Source: an uncultured Thermoprotei archaeon
GTDB taxonomy: Archaea; Thermoproteota; Thermoprotei; Thermofilales; B15-G2
Direction of reading: 5' to 3'
Assembly (NCBI GenBank): GCA_965367815.1
Contig: CBDUKN010000019.1
Location: forward strand, 1 to 56,053
Length of the DNA stretch: 56,053 bases
The first letter of the stretch is position 1. The number at the start of each line of letters is the position of its first letter. The position numbers and the translations under genes are program-made. A model generated the notes under the pieces. It did not search any database and was not told the DNA's origin. It saw only the letters and a program-made list of their open reading frames with translations. Below, one piece after another: positions 30,091 to 39,744 of the stretch.

Positions 30091-31452
30091 TTAGCTCGAT
30101 AAACCCTGGCTTTTAAGTTTTTTGTAAGCGTTTAATGCTGCAGTTATTATTGGATATGCTATTGGTGAGGGTGTGAGAAATGGATGAGTTCCATATTGCA
30201 TTGTGTAAAGATCATAAAGGGTCATATGTCTCTGAATAGCCAAAGCTATTAAGTTTATAAACTCTCCTACACAGCTACCACCGCAGGCTTCTCCACCTAA
30301 AAGGTAACCGCCATCTTTACTGAAGATTAATTTAACCTCAATTTTTCTAGCTCCGGGTAGTGTTCCAGGATGCTTATCTACAGTTTCGGCTTTTCCTGTA
30401 ATAACATCGAATCCCATTCTTTTAGCTGCAGATTCCGTTAACCCTGCAACTCCAAAAGCTTCTCCTCCTATCTTCGTTAAAAATACTCCTACAACTCCAA
30501 GAACTGTTCGAGGAAGTCTAAGTCCAGCTATATTTGCTGCTACTATTCTGGCTTCAAAGGCCGCTACAGAGGCAAGTAATGTAGGAGTTGGTGTACCTGT
30601 GAAAAAGCTATGTTTTTCTGCACAGTCTCCAATCGCATAGATATTTGGATCGCTTGTTCTCATGTATTCATCTACGGCAATACCTCTTTCACCAATTTTC
30701 AAACCCGCTTTTTCAGCTAGACTGGTATTTGGTCTGACTCCAACAGTTACAATTACAACATCCGCAGGAATAGTTCTACCATCTGAGAGTCTAACAGCTT
30801 CGACTTTTTCTTTACCTAAGATAGCCTCAACCTTACAATTGGTCATAATTTTTACTCCTTTACTTTTAAGGATTTCTTCAACCTTAACGGCAAATTCTTC
30901 ATCGAAGTTTAAAAGTAAGCAGTGAGACAGAATTTCAATAATAGTTACATCCTTTTTTAGGTTACTTAGGTCGTCTGCAAGTTCTACGCCTATAAATCCT
31001 CCACCAATAATAACAATTTTTTCAGCTTTCCTAACAGCTTTTTGTAGTTCTTGAAGAATCTCCCATTTCTTTATAATTTTATAAACGCCCTTAAGATTTA
31101 TTCCCTTTATCGGTGGAGTAGAGGGTGTCGAACCTGTAGCCAGGATAAGTTTTCTATATTTAAACTTTAAGCCTTTAGCAGTTTCAATAGTTTTAGCTTC
31201 TCTATTTATATTTAAAACTTCATCTACAACAATTTCAACTCCAAGTTTTTTCAAAGGTTCATCTGGAAGGATATTTTTATCACAAGTTTCAAGTGTTGCA
31301 GCTAAATAAGGGATTGCACAGGGTACCTGAACTCTCTCGTCAGCTCTAATTAAGAGGACGTCCAGATCACTACGTAGTGTTCTTAAGGTTAAAGCTGCGG
31401 TATATCCTGCAGCACCACCACCAATTATTATCACGTCATATGTATCTTTCAT
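30091..31452 (-). CDS. FAD-dependent pyridine nucleotide-disulfide oxidoreductase (NADH oxidase/CoA-disulfide reductase family)
   Basis: GGGAAG, single redox Cys in VPCAIPY, LATGS, GGGFIGVE and TSDPNIYAIGD motifs. Confidence 0.92.
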   Translation of the reverse strand: MKDTYDVIIIGGGAAGYTAALTLRTLRSDLDVLLIRADERVQVPCAIPYLAATLETCDKNILPDEPLKKLGVEIVVDEVLNINREAKTIETAKGLKFKYRKLILATGSTPSTPPIKGINLKGVYKIIKKWEILQELQKAVRKAEKIVIIGGGFIGVELADDLSNLKKDVTIIEILSHCLLLNFDEEFAVKVEEILKSKGVKIMTNCKVEAILGKEKVEAVRLSDGRTIPADVVIVTVGVRPNTSLAEKAGLKIGERGIAVDEYMRTSDPNIYAIGDCAEKHSFFTGTPTPTLLASVAAFEARIVAANIAGLRLPRTVLGVVGVFLTKIGGEAFGVAGLTESAAKRMGFDVITGKAETVDKHPGTLPGARKIEVKLIFSKDGGYLLGGEACGGSCVGEFINLIALAIQRHMTLYDLYTMQYGTHPFLTPSPIAYPIITAALNAYKKLKSQGLSS

Positions 31453-31573
31453 TTTCGGTCACTAAACAGTGTTCTTAATGTATTTATTAACATTTCTCAA
31501 TAAATCTCTATAAGACCTAGGAGCTGCCCTCATATTAGGAAATTAATACTTCAAAGGAGATTAAATTTAGATT

Positions 31574-31801
31574 ATAGTTTCTTTGGAGATACTAGGAGTT
31601 ATGTTACGCTTTGTTAGGGGAATCACGTGGCTAGTCTTTATACATTTTTCACCTTAACGTATGTTTCGCTCAACACTCTTACTTTATTTTGGTGAACTTC
31701 TACTTCTGCTATGCAGTCTTCTCTGTAGTTTAACTGAATGTAAATACCTAACCCTTAGTAAAGTGCGGTAACATAACTCCTAGTATCTCCAAAGAAACTA
31801 T
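31574..31801. mobile_element. MITE-like element with 34-bp perfect TIRs enclosing a captured gene fragment
   Basis: ATAGTTTCTTTGGAGATACTAGGAGTTATGTTAC (31574-31607) is the exact reverse complement of 31768-31801; interior 31697-31739 is the reverse complement of 28996-29038. Confidence 0.65.
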
Positions 31802-31803
31802 TC

Positions 31804-32040
31804 TCATTCTTTGAACCATCCATACATGTGTTTTCCTGCTCAGCATTTGTGTATGCTTTTTCTTTACTAACATGTAGTTTAATTTATTGAATTCTTTAGA
31901 GCATCAAAAACAAGCTTGAAGACTATTTCACAGTCTCTTCTTTCTACAATGAGCACATCTCCGGGTTTAAGTCCTTCTCTAAGCTCAGTTGGTATTATTA
32001 CGTTCCACTTACTATCTATCTTAACTTTTCTTACTCTCAC
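31804..32040 (-). pseudogene. AbrB/MazE antitoxin, probably frameshifted, with its toxin partner lost
   Basis: MRVRKVKIDSKWNVIIPTELREGLKPGDVLIVE; first stop at 31879; an ATGA junction at 31807-31804 leads into MRIV, which runs into the inverted repeat. Confidence 0.65.
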
Positions 32041-32086
32041 GCCCACTCCTACTTTTCGACTATGTAAAGCTGTACTCTCTTAAAGA

Positions 32087-32757
32087 ATGAAATTTAAGCC
32101 AGAATTGAGAAATAGTTATGTGAGTAAAATAACTATAGCTGTAGTTATTGTCGCTATAGTGGCGATTATAGGCATTGCTCTGGTCTATATGTTTAGCCAA
32201 GCCGGACCCAAATACGACCTGAAGGGAAAGAAAGTACTAATAGTAATCTTCACAGGGTACAACGACATAGAGTACTCTACTACTAAATCCTATTTAGCTA
32301 AATGCGGCGCCGAAGTAACAGTTCTCGCTATGCATAAAGGAGTAGGCACAAAGTACGATATCTACGTAGGAGACATCAAAGACATAAATAGGCTAGCTGA
32401 CCAGTATGACGCTGTAGTTTTCATAGGAGGCCCTGGCGTCTACAGTAGAGTTATAGGTGAAATAAAAGACGGGAGCGTAGAAAAAGCACAGAAATAGCTA
32501 CAGCTTTTTACAGCAAAGGCAAGTTAGTTGTAGCAATATGCGCCGCGCCAGGAATTCTAGCTAAAGCAGGAATAATCAAAGGAGTAAAAGTAACATGCTT
32601 CAGCGACTCTACGCTAATAAATATCATTAAGGCAAGCGGAGTACAGTACACAGGACAACAAGTAGTAAAAGACAAAAATATTATAACAGCAAACGGCCCC
32701 AATGCTGCTAAAGCTTTCGCAGAAGAGATAGCTAAAACACTTTCAGGTAAAACTTAA
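32087..32757 (+). pseudogene. Membrane-anchored DJ-1/PfpI family protein with a single frameshift
   Basis: N-terminal TM helix, GYNDIEY and YDAVVFIGGPG; after a 1-nt shift near 32490 the reading continues as GKLVVAICAAPGILAKAG...IITANGP to TAA 32757. Confidence 0.85.
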
Positions 32758-33140
32758 TCAGTTAACTCTACTCTAATTTTTTCTCCCTCTTTAACCTTTT
32801 TAAATACCTTAGGATCCCCTTCAATTTTACCGAAGACATTCACTGGGCTAGCAGGCCTTATCTCATTCTCGCTGGGACTTATCGGCGTAGGACCAAAGAA
32901 AATACATATGCTTTGACCAGGAGGCCAATAAGCAACATCACCTATTTCAACAACCTCTTGGGCATTTTCTTCTTCTATTTCAACGGGAGTACTGAAGTAT
33001 ACTTCATCGCCCCACAGCATAGCAGTGCTCTCAATAGGCAGAGCCTTCACTATAGCCTCGACAGTCTTAGGATTCTTGTTTAAAAGCCTAACGTAGACTT
33101 CACCTACCGAAGGAGAAATAATCTTTATTCTCTTAACCAT
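32754..33140 (-). CDS. Cyclophilin-like fold protein (TM1367/DUF369-like)
   Basis: WGDEVYF, GDVAYWPPG and IFFGPTP motifs. Confidence 0.88.
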   Translation of the reverse strand: MVKRIKIISPSVGEVYVRLLNKNPKTVEAIVKALPIESTAMLWGDEVYFSTPVEIEEENAQEVVEIGDVAYWPPGQSICIFFGPTPISPSENEIRPASPVNVFGKIEGDPKVFKKVKEGEKIRVELTD

Positions 33141-33247
33141 AATATTAAGCCTTAAGCCAAGTATTTAAAACTAAACTCGGAAGTAAAGCTGTATTTACAG
33201 CAAAAAGTAAAAACTTAAATAAAGTTGTTTACTAGGAAATAGTAGCA

Positions 33248-33487
33248 ATGGCTAATATTAAGACGAGCTTGGTCATACCAGAGGATATTTACCGAGAATT
33301 AAAGAAACGAGCAGCTGAAGAAAATAGGTCAATTAAAAGCATAGTAATAGAAGCGCTAATAGAATATTTATCTAAAAGTCAAAGTAGCAGAGAAACAAGA
33401 CGTAAATTAATTGAAATCATTACGTCTCCAGTAGAAGGAGCAGGACCCGAAGACTACAAAGAATATGATTACGAGGACTTGGACTAA
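33248..33487 (+). CDS. Ribbon-helix-helix antitoxin
   Basis: KTSLVIPEDIYRELKKRAAEENRSIKSIVIEAL; lies upstream of a PIN gene. Confidence 0.82.
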   Translation: MANIKTSLVIPEDIYRELKKRAAEENRSIKSIVIEALIEYLSKSQSSRETRRKLIEIITSPVEGAGPEDYKEYDYEDLD

Positions 33488-33489
33488 CT

Positions 33490-33969
33490 ATGATTAACGC
33501 AGTAATAGACACCGAGATATGGGCTTTGGCTAAGAAAAAGCCTGTAGCAGCTAGATTCAAGTCGAATGAAGAGTACAAAAGGTATCTTCGAATGCATAGC
33601 AAGGCTGTAGAATTCTTTAGAGAAAAAGTACCCGAAATTAGAATATATATGTCGCTACATCAGCTACTAGAAATATTTCATGTATTAGCATTCAGAGGAA
33701 CAAGGATTTCTTTAGCTGAGGCTCGAAAAGTAGTAGAAATAATACTTCAAGACAAAAACATAGTAAAAGTACCTGTACTACAATCTCATGTTAGGAAGGC
33801 AGTCGAAGATAGCTCTAAGATAGGAATACACGTATGGGACTTCTTATGTATAATCCCTGTAGTAGACTTCATTGATGTCGCGTACTCGTGTGATAAACAT
33901 TTCGTAAAAATTTGCGAAGAATATGGGATCAAGTTAGTTAATCCTGTGGAAGAATGGATAGAAATTTAG
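33490..33969 (+). CDS. PIN-domain toxin
   Basis: AVIDTE, QLLE, VWDF, SCDKHF and VNP motifs. Confidence 0.85.
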   Translation: MINAVIDTEIWALAKKKPVAARFKSNEEYKRYLRMHSKAVEFFREKVPEIRIYMSLHQLLEIFHVLAFRGTRISLAEARKVVEIILQDKNIVKVPVLQSHVRKAVEDSSKIGIHVWDFLCIIPVVDFIDVAYSCDKHFVKICEEYGIKLVNPVEEWIEI

Positions 33970-34014
33970 CGGTAGCTAAAATTTATTTGGGGTCTATGTT
34001 ATACTATTGAGTTC

Positions 34015-34689
34015 ATGAAAGTTTGTGTACTCTACTCAGGCGGAAAGGACTCCAATTTGGCATTACTTAAAGCCAGCAGAGTATTCGATGTAGTGTGCTT
34101 AGTAACGCTCATACCTAGATCAGAAGCAAGCTATCTTTTTCACTATCCTGCAGTAAACCTAGTTGAACTACAGGCAAAGGCTCTTGAACTACCTTTAGTA
34201 AAGGAACTTACTCCTGATGAAGAAGAAGGGGGTTTAATAGCGCTGAAAAATGTTTTAATGAAAGCTAAGAAAATATATGGAGTAGAAGGAGTAGTCACAG
34301 GGGCTATTAGGTCTACTTACCAAGCTTCACGTTTCCAGAAAACATGCTGGGATCTCGACTTATGGTGCTTTAATCCGCTTTGGCTGAAAGATGAAGTATC
34401 TTTGCTTAGAGAAATGCTTACTGAAGGCTTTAAAGTAGTTTTCACTAGAGTAGCAGGCTATCCCTTAAGAAAATCCCTAGTAGGTAGTCTTCTAGACGAA
34501 AATACTGTACGTTTCTTTGAGAAAATAAGGCAATATGTTAATCCGTCAGGTGAAGGAGGGGAGTACGAGACTTTTGTATTAGATATGCCTTTATTTAAAA
34601 AGAGGATAGAGTTACTTGAGTATGAAGTAGTAGGCTCAGACTATGACGCGACACTAATAGTTAAAAAAGCGAGGCTTACAAAAAAATGA
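34015..34689 (+). CDS. dph6: Diphthine--ammonia ligase (Dph6, ATP_bind_4 PP-loop)
   Basis: LYSGGKDS, SYLFH, GAIRSTYQ, PLW and GEGGEYETFVLDMPLF motifs. Confidence 0.9.
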   Translation: MKVCVLYSGGKDSNLALLKASRVFDVVCLVTLIPRSEASYLFHYPAVNLVELQAKALELPLVKELTPDEEEGGLIALKNVLMKAKKIYGVEGVVTGAIRSTYQASRFQKTCWDLDLWCFNPLWLKDEVSLLREMLTEGFKVVFTRVAGYPLRKSLVGSLLDENTVRFFEKIRQYVNPSGEGGEYETFVLDMPLFKKRIELLEYEVVGSDYDATLIVKKARLTKK

Positions 34690-35228
34690 TACTCCTAATA
34701 TCTACATGTAAATACTCGTTAAGTGAAGAAGAATTTGTCGAGCCGATAGCAGCTATAGTTAGAGAAACAGGCTGCAAGTACTCTATAAGAAGATACTATG
34801 AGAAAATAAATTTCAGTGAATTCGATAAAATAATAATATGTGGAACAGCTCTAAAAGACTTCAATTACTTAAAGTACCTAAGCAACTTCAAGCCTCTACT
34901 AAATTACTCAGGTAAAGTACTTGGAATATGTGCTGGATACCATATTCTAGCCAAAATACATGGAGCCTCTTTAAGTAAAGTAGAGAAGATAGGAGTCTAT
35001 GAAGTAAAAGTAGTTAAAGAAAATCCTCTTCTCGATAAGAAAGTTGTTCGAGCATATTTTCTTCACACATTAGCGCTAACAGAAGCCAATAGTTTTCTTG
35101 AGCCTATAGCTTTTCAAGACAGAGAAATATGTATGTTTAGAGTCCGCGGAAAAGATTTTTACGGTACTGCATTTTACCCTGAAGTGCTTAATAAAGAGGT
35201 TATAGTAAAGTTTATTGAACTCAAATAA
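34686..35228 (+). CDS. Class I glutamine amidotransferase-like protein (catalytic His replaced by Tyr)
   Basis: KIIICG, VLGICAGY nucleophile elbow, and FYGTAFYPE in place of the usual xQFHPE; ATGA overlap with dph6. Confidence 0.8.
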   Translation: MILLISTCKYSLSEEEFVEPIAAIVRETGCKYSIRRYYEKINFSEFDKIIICGTALKDFNYLKYLSNFKPLLNYSGKVLGICAGYHILAKIHGASLSKVEKIGVYEVKVVKENPLLDKKVVRAYFLHTLALTEANSFLEPIAFQDREICMFRVRGKDFYGTAFYPEVLNKEVIVKFIELK

Positions 35229-35273
35229 CCTCAAGAAAATAACTTTATTAAGATTTTACCACTACCTATTTTT

Positions 35274-35636
35274 GTGAACAAGGAAGAGAGAGAACATGTC
35301 TCGGGTTTAGTCTTTGTAGCACTGATGTTTATTGGAGCAGGAATAGGGCTCCTTTTTGGAAGACCTGATGTTGGTGGAGCGATAGGAATGGGTCTAGGGT
35401 TCTTAGCGATGGCTATTCTAAGATATCATAGAATTAAAATAGAGGCTGAGAAATGCGTTTCTATAAGAGGAGCCTTCGGATCTATCATTTTAGCATGCAT
35501 TGGGATAATGTTCATTCTAGGCGGTGTATCACTATTGCTTAACTTAGAGTACTTGATGAAATACGTCGCCGGAATAATAGCTATAGCTATTGGCCTAGTT
35601 TTCCTAGCAGCAGCTTTCAAAATAATCTCGAGATAG
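35274..35636 (+). CDS. Small membrane protein (about 4 TM)
   Basis: Gly-rich hydrophobic segments such as MFIGAGIGLLFGRPDVGGAIGMGLG. Confidence 0.75.
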   Translation: MNKEEREHVSGLVFVALMFIGAGIGLLFGRPDVGGAIGMGLGFLAMAILRYHRIKIEAEKCVSIRGAFGSIILACIGIMFILGGVSLLLNLEYLMKYVAGIIAIAIGLVFLAAAFKIISR

Positions 35637-35691
35637 AGTACTTGTATTTTAAAGTTTCCGATAACTTTAAATTCTTCTCACGTTTCTTGCT

Positions 35692-36867
35692 GTGATGTCT
35701 GAAAACATTGTACTAGAAATGTTCATAGTCTTCATATTGATCCTAGTTTCACCTATACTATCTAGACTACTTAAAATGCCTGTTATAGTTATTGAAACTT
35801 TATTTGGAATACTGCTAGGCCCAAGTATTTTAGGAATATTTGAAGAAGAGCACTGGCTTTTAACAATGGCTCTAGTAGGTTTCATTTACTTAATGTTTGT
35901 AGTAGGCTTGGAAGTAGAGCTAGGTCTTTTAAAGAAAAAGTTCTCGAAAGTAGTGGCTATAAGTTTAGGATCTTTCTTAGTGCCGCTGACAGTAGGATAT
36001 ATAGTAGGACTATATTATGACTTGCCTCCAGAGTTCATTGGAGTAGCGTTATCGACAACCTCGATGGGTGTAGTCCTGCCGACAGTTAAAGAATATGCTG
36101 AAAATAAGCCTGAAATGGCGCAAACTCTTCTAAGCGCAGCAATACTAGTAGACATTATAAGTATGCTTGCATTAGCCTACGTTATTGAAAGAGAGTATCT
36201 TTCCCCAGATAAACTAGTATTTTTCTTAGCGTCAGTATTAGGCCTAATCGTAGCCATAGCTATTTTAAAGGAATGGAAGCCTGCTAAAAATAAAATAAAA
36301 GCTTTGACAGGAGGCTATCACTTAGACATAAGGCTTTGTATAGCCTTAATTTTCGGATTTGCCGCACTTGCAGAATTTACTGGTGTTCACGCCATAATAG
36401 GTGCTTTCGCCGCCGGACTGGTGGTCTCTGAAATAGGAGAAAAAGTAGAGGGGCTTATAGAAAAACTATTAAGCTTTGGTTACGGTTTCTTTATACCAAT
36501 TTTCTTCATAACAGTAGGCATTAAAACAGACTTGAGGCTAGTTTTCGGAAACATAAGAGGCATAGAGATATTGTTAGCGCTAATAGCAGCAGGGTTCTTA
36601 GGAAAAATACTTGGAACATATACTATATCTAGAGCAACAGGATTTACAAAATACGAAAGTTTGTCTATGAGTTTTGCTATGAGCGCTAGACTCAGCTTAA
36701 TAATAGCGGCAGCCGAGTTAGGATTAGCCTCCGGAATAATAAGTTCCGAAATATATTCAATATTAGTGTTGCTAGCTATAATTAGTGTATTATTGTCACC
36801 TACTCTTTCAAAAATAATAATAGGCAAAGAAATACCTAAAGTGCCAGAAGAGATGCCTTTACCTTAA
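35692..36867 (+). CDS. CPA2 family cation:proton antiporter
   Basis: GILLGPS, LMFVVGLE, STTS, GAFAAGL and GFFIPIFF motifs (hydrophobic ORF, possibly starting slightly upstream). Confidence 0.92.
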   Translation: MMSENIVLEMFIVFILILVSPILSRLLKMPVIVIETLFGILLGPSILGIFEEEHWLLTMALVGFIYLMFVVGLEVELGLLKKKFSKVVAISLGSFLVPLTVGYIVGLYYDLPPEFIGVALSTTSMGVVLPTVKEYAENKPEMAQTLLSAAILVDIISMLALAYVIEREYLSPDKLVFFLASVLGLIVAIAILKEWKPAKNKIKALTGGYHLDIRLCIALIFGFAALAEFTGVHAIIGAFAAGLVVSEIGEKVEGLIEKLLSFGYGFFIPIFFITVGIKTDLRLVFGNIRGIEILLALIAAGFLGKILGTYTISRATGFTKYESLSMSFAMSARLSLIIAAAELGLASGIISSEIYSILVLLAIISVLLSPTLSKIIIGKEIPKVPEEMPLP

Positions 36868-37205
36868 TTGCACTTAGGCAACATTGCCTAATTTTATATC
36901 AATTTGACGATGCGAGGAATCTTCTTTTTATATTTTTATAATCTTAGCAAAGCATAAATGTCTATGTTTAAAGGATATTCTAAGCCAGCGAGTCTACATT
37001 CCGATGGAGACAGTATAAATATAACACGAGAATTTTTAAGTCTATGAATTACCTCTAAATACTTAATTCTGATAATACTTTAGGATCAGATATGTATCCT
37101 GCACTATAAAAGCCATAGAAACTATTAACTTAATTTCACGTTTATTATCTGTTTAATTCATAATAAAAGATTTTCTTCAACTTAAAACAAACAGAAGTTA
37201 AAGCC

Positions 37206-39545
37206 TTAATCTAGTATGAGTACTATTTCAGCAATTTTTATTTTCTCTGGAACTTTCAGCTTTATATACGTTTTTCCCTTAAATTCAAGTGTCTCAAAGC
37301 ATATTTTCTTATTGTTTATTAAAGCTCGACTCACTCCCTTCAATGAACCAGTTATGACTTCGGCTAGCACATAAGGCTTACGAAGAGTTAAATGAATTGT
37401 ATTTTGCTCTTTTTTGTATTCATAGCTTACTGGCCCATATCTAGTGAAGTAATTTTTTACTGAAAAATAATTCCAGCTTGATGGTATTCTCGGCTTAATA
37501 GTAATTTTGTCTCGACTATGAGATATTCCACACATTAAATCCACTATGAAAAGAAAGTAGCTCATGTGAACTAAGTTTCCTGGATTACATGGCCAGCCGG
37601 GAAGTTTCTCAGACACACTGGTGTACAGCCATGGGGCTCTCTTTTCGTGCTCTCTTCTAGCTTTCTCATAATCTTCTCTACGAGATTTAAGTACCACTTT
37701 CTCTGGAAGCATGTACTTCAGGCTTGTGGATTCCGCGTATTTTAGAATCTCATTTAGAAATCTCCAAGCGTCGTCAACTGCTCCTAAATTTAATAGAGCC
37801 GCTACTGTGCCTAGCTGAGCATAGCTGGTGCTTAAGTGTCCTGTTCCTCCAGTTACAGCCCAGGGGTTATTTGGTTCTGTGCATTGATCTTTTATTATCT
37901 TCATTGTCTCAGATACGAGATCGTCGAGGCTATGTTCTTCAACCTCAGGATCTAGAAGAAAGCAGCCTGGAGCTGGCATAGAGTATGTAGAGAGCCTCGG
38001 TTTTTCTCCATCAATGTATACTAGGTCTCTAAAGTAGCCAATTTCCCGTAAAGTCTTTTAAATCCCTTTAATTGTCTTTTAAAAACTATTTCAGCTCGAC
38101 GGCTTAATTCTTTCTCTCCGCATTCTTTCAAAGCCTTTGATACTACTCTCAACCCCGCCATACATATACTCTGAGAATATGGGTTTCCCACGAGCCTTTC
38201 TGATCGACAGTGGTCAACAGCTTCAGTTTTGTCAAAAAGAAGGCCATTCCAGTGAGTAGAGTAGTCCAGCCACGTTACTGCCTTTTCTATACCTCTCTTG
38301 AAATCTTTGTCAAAAAGATCAGGTCTTCGTAGGAGAATTTTGCCTGCCTGAAATAAATAAAATCCTATACCGTCATTAGAAATAGAGACCAGAGGATTAG
38401 AGAATACCTCCTGACCATATAGAGAGTATGAGTCAAAGAGAAAACGATATTTCTCTAAAAGATACCCAAATGCTTTAATCATTTTAACACCTATTTCCCG
38501 AAAACCAAAGCAGAAGAGATCATAGGCGTAAAGATTTCTAGGCCAGAATCCATGATGATATATCATTTCTCCTCTAGGATCCTCTTCAGGAACCACATTG
38601 AAAATTCTTCTTTGAAGTATTGAGCGAATATATTCTACGAAGACTCCGTTAAAACGAGAATCAGAAGACTTGACAACAGTGGGAAGCACTAGGATATCGA
38701 AAATAGAAAAGTACAAAAAATCTTTTCCCTCTACTAAAACCAGAAGAGGAACAATACCGGAATACTTTGGCCTAAATTTGACAGTTAACTGGCATTTACC
38801 TTGCTTAAAAAGAAGACGACGCTTTAAACTCACAAGTCCATAGAGACTTATTTCTGCAGACTCTATGTCTCTTGGTATACCCTCAACCTTAAGCTTTATT
38901 TCAGTTTCTTCATCTTTCTCTAGGTACTGGCCAGGCTGAGTAATATCAGGCTCTAGAGATATTAAAATGCAAGGGTTTCTCTTGATTTTTTCAAAATATT
39001 CGCCGAAACAAATAACATATCCGTAGTCCTTGCCTTCGACCGAAAATTTTATCTCATTTTCTTTTTACGCTTACATCGACTGCTGTACTGAATATAATGC
39101 ATATTTTTTGATCACGTAATTTAAGAATATGGTCCTGTATTTCAATGCATTTAATAGGTTTACTGAACTTCAGTGTCTCTTGAAGTATTTCTGAAAGTCT
39201 GTGAAACTTTCGGCGTACTATAATACACGTATAATCACTTGGATGCAGATAGTAGTGAGTTACAGCATTTTTCCTGTAAACTGAGTTCCAGTCTTTTGTT
39301 TTAAAAACTCCTCGGCCATGACTTCTAACAAAGTCTAAATCCTCTAGCTCTTCTGCGCTTAGGTCTAGAAACCATCCTTTTGGAAGATTACACTCAATAG
39401 TAAGATCTCGATAATTAATCTTCTTTAAAGGAGATCCTGTTTCTATGCCTTCAACTCTATAATAGCATTTTAGTGAAAAATTACTTATTAAGGCTTCAGC
39501 GGATATTTTCTTGGGAATACAGCCTTCAACAAACTTTTTAATCAT
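37206..39545 (-). pseudogene. Large multi-frameshift pseudogene, probable six-hairpin glycosidase-like protein
   Basis: ORFs 39054..39578, 38021..38833 and 37206..37979 join through shifts near 39060, 39010 and 38040; YHHGFWPRN, LPEK and ITIKPRIPSSW resemble (alpha/alpha)6 glycosidase elements. Confidence 0.6.
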
Positions 39546-39744
39546 TATTCTGCGCCCCCTGCAGTATTTTGTGCACATAAGCTTTAAATAACAAATTTCT
39601 TTAAACTTCGCTAATCTAGTATCCTTACTGAAATATTGCCTCTATTAAAGATATATTTGTAATGCAAGGATAATTGTAAAACACCAAGAGATTTCTGTAA
39701 AGTTAACAGTTCTAAGAAAGTCTTCACGATTCACAAAGACTTCT

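Noticed and set aside
28978-31756. Diversity-generating retroelement TR/VR pair
   Set aside because: Differences between the two copies are not adenine-specific, and no reverse transcriptase is present in the window.
31574-31801. Mini-CRISPR (repeat-spacer-repeat)
   Set aside because: The repeats are inverted rather than direct, the interior is 160 bp, and there are no cas genes nearby.
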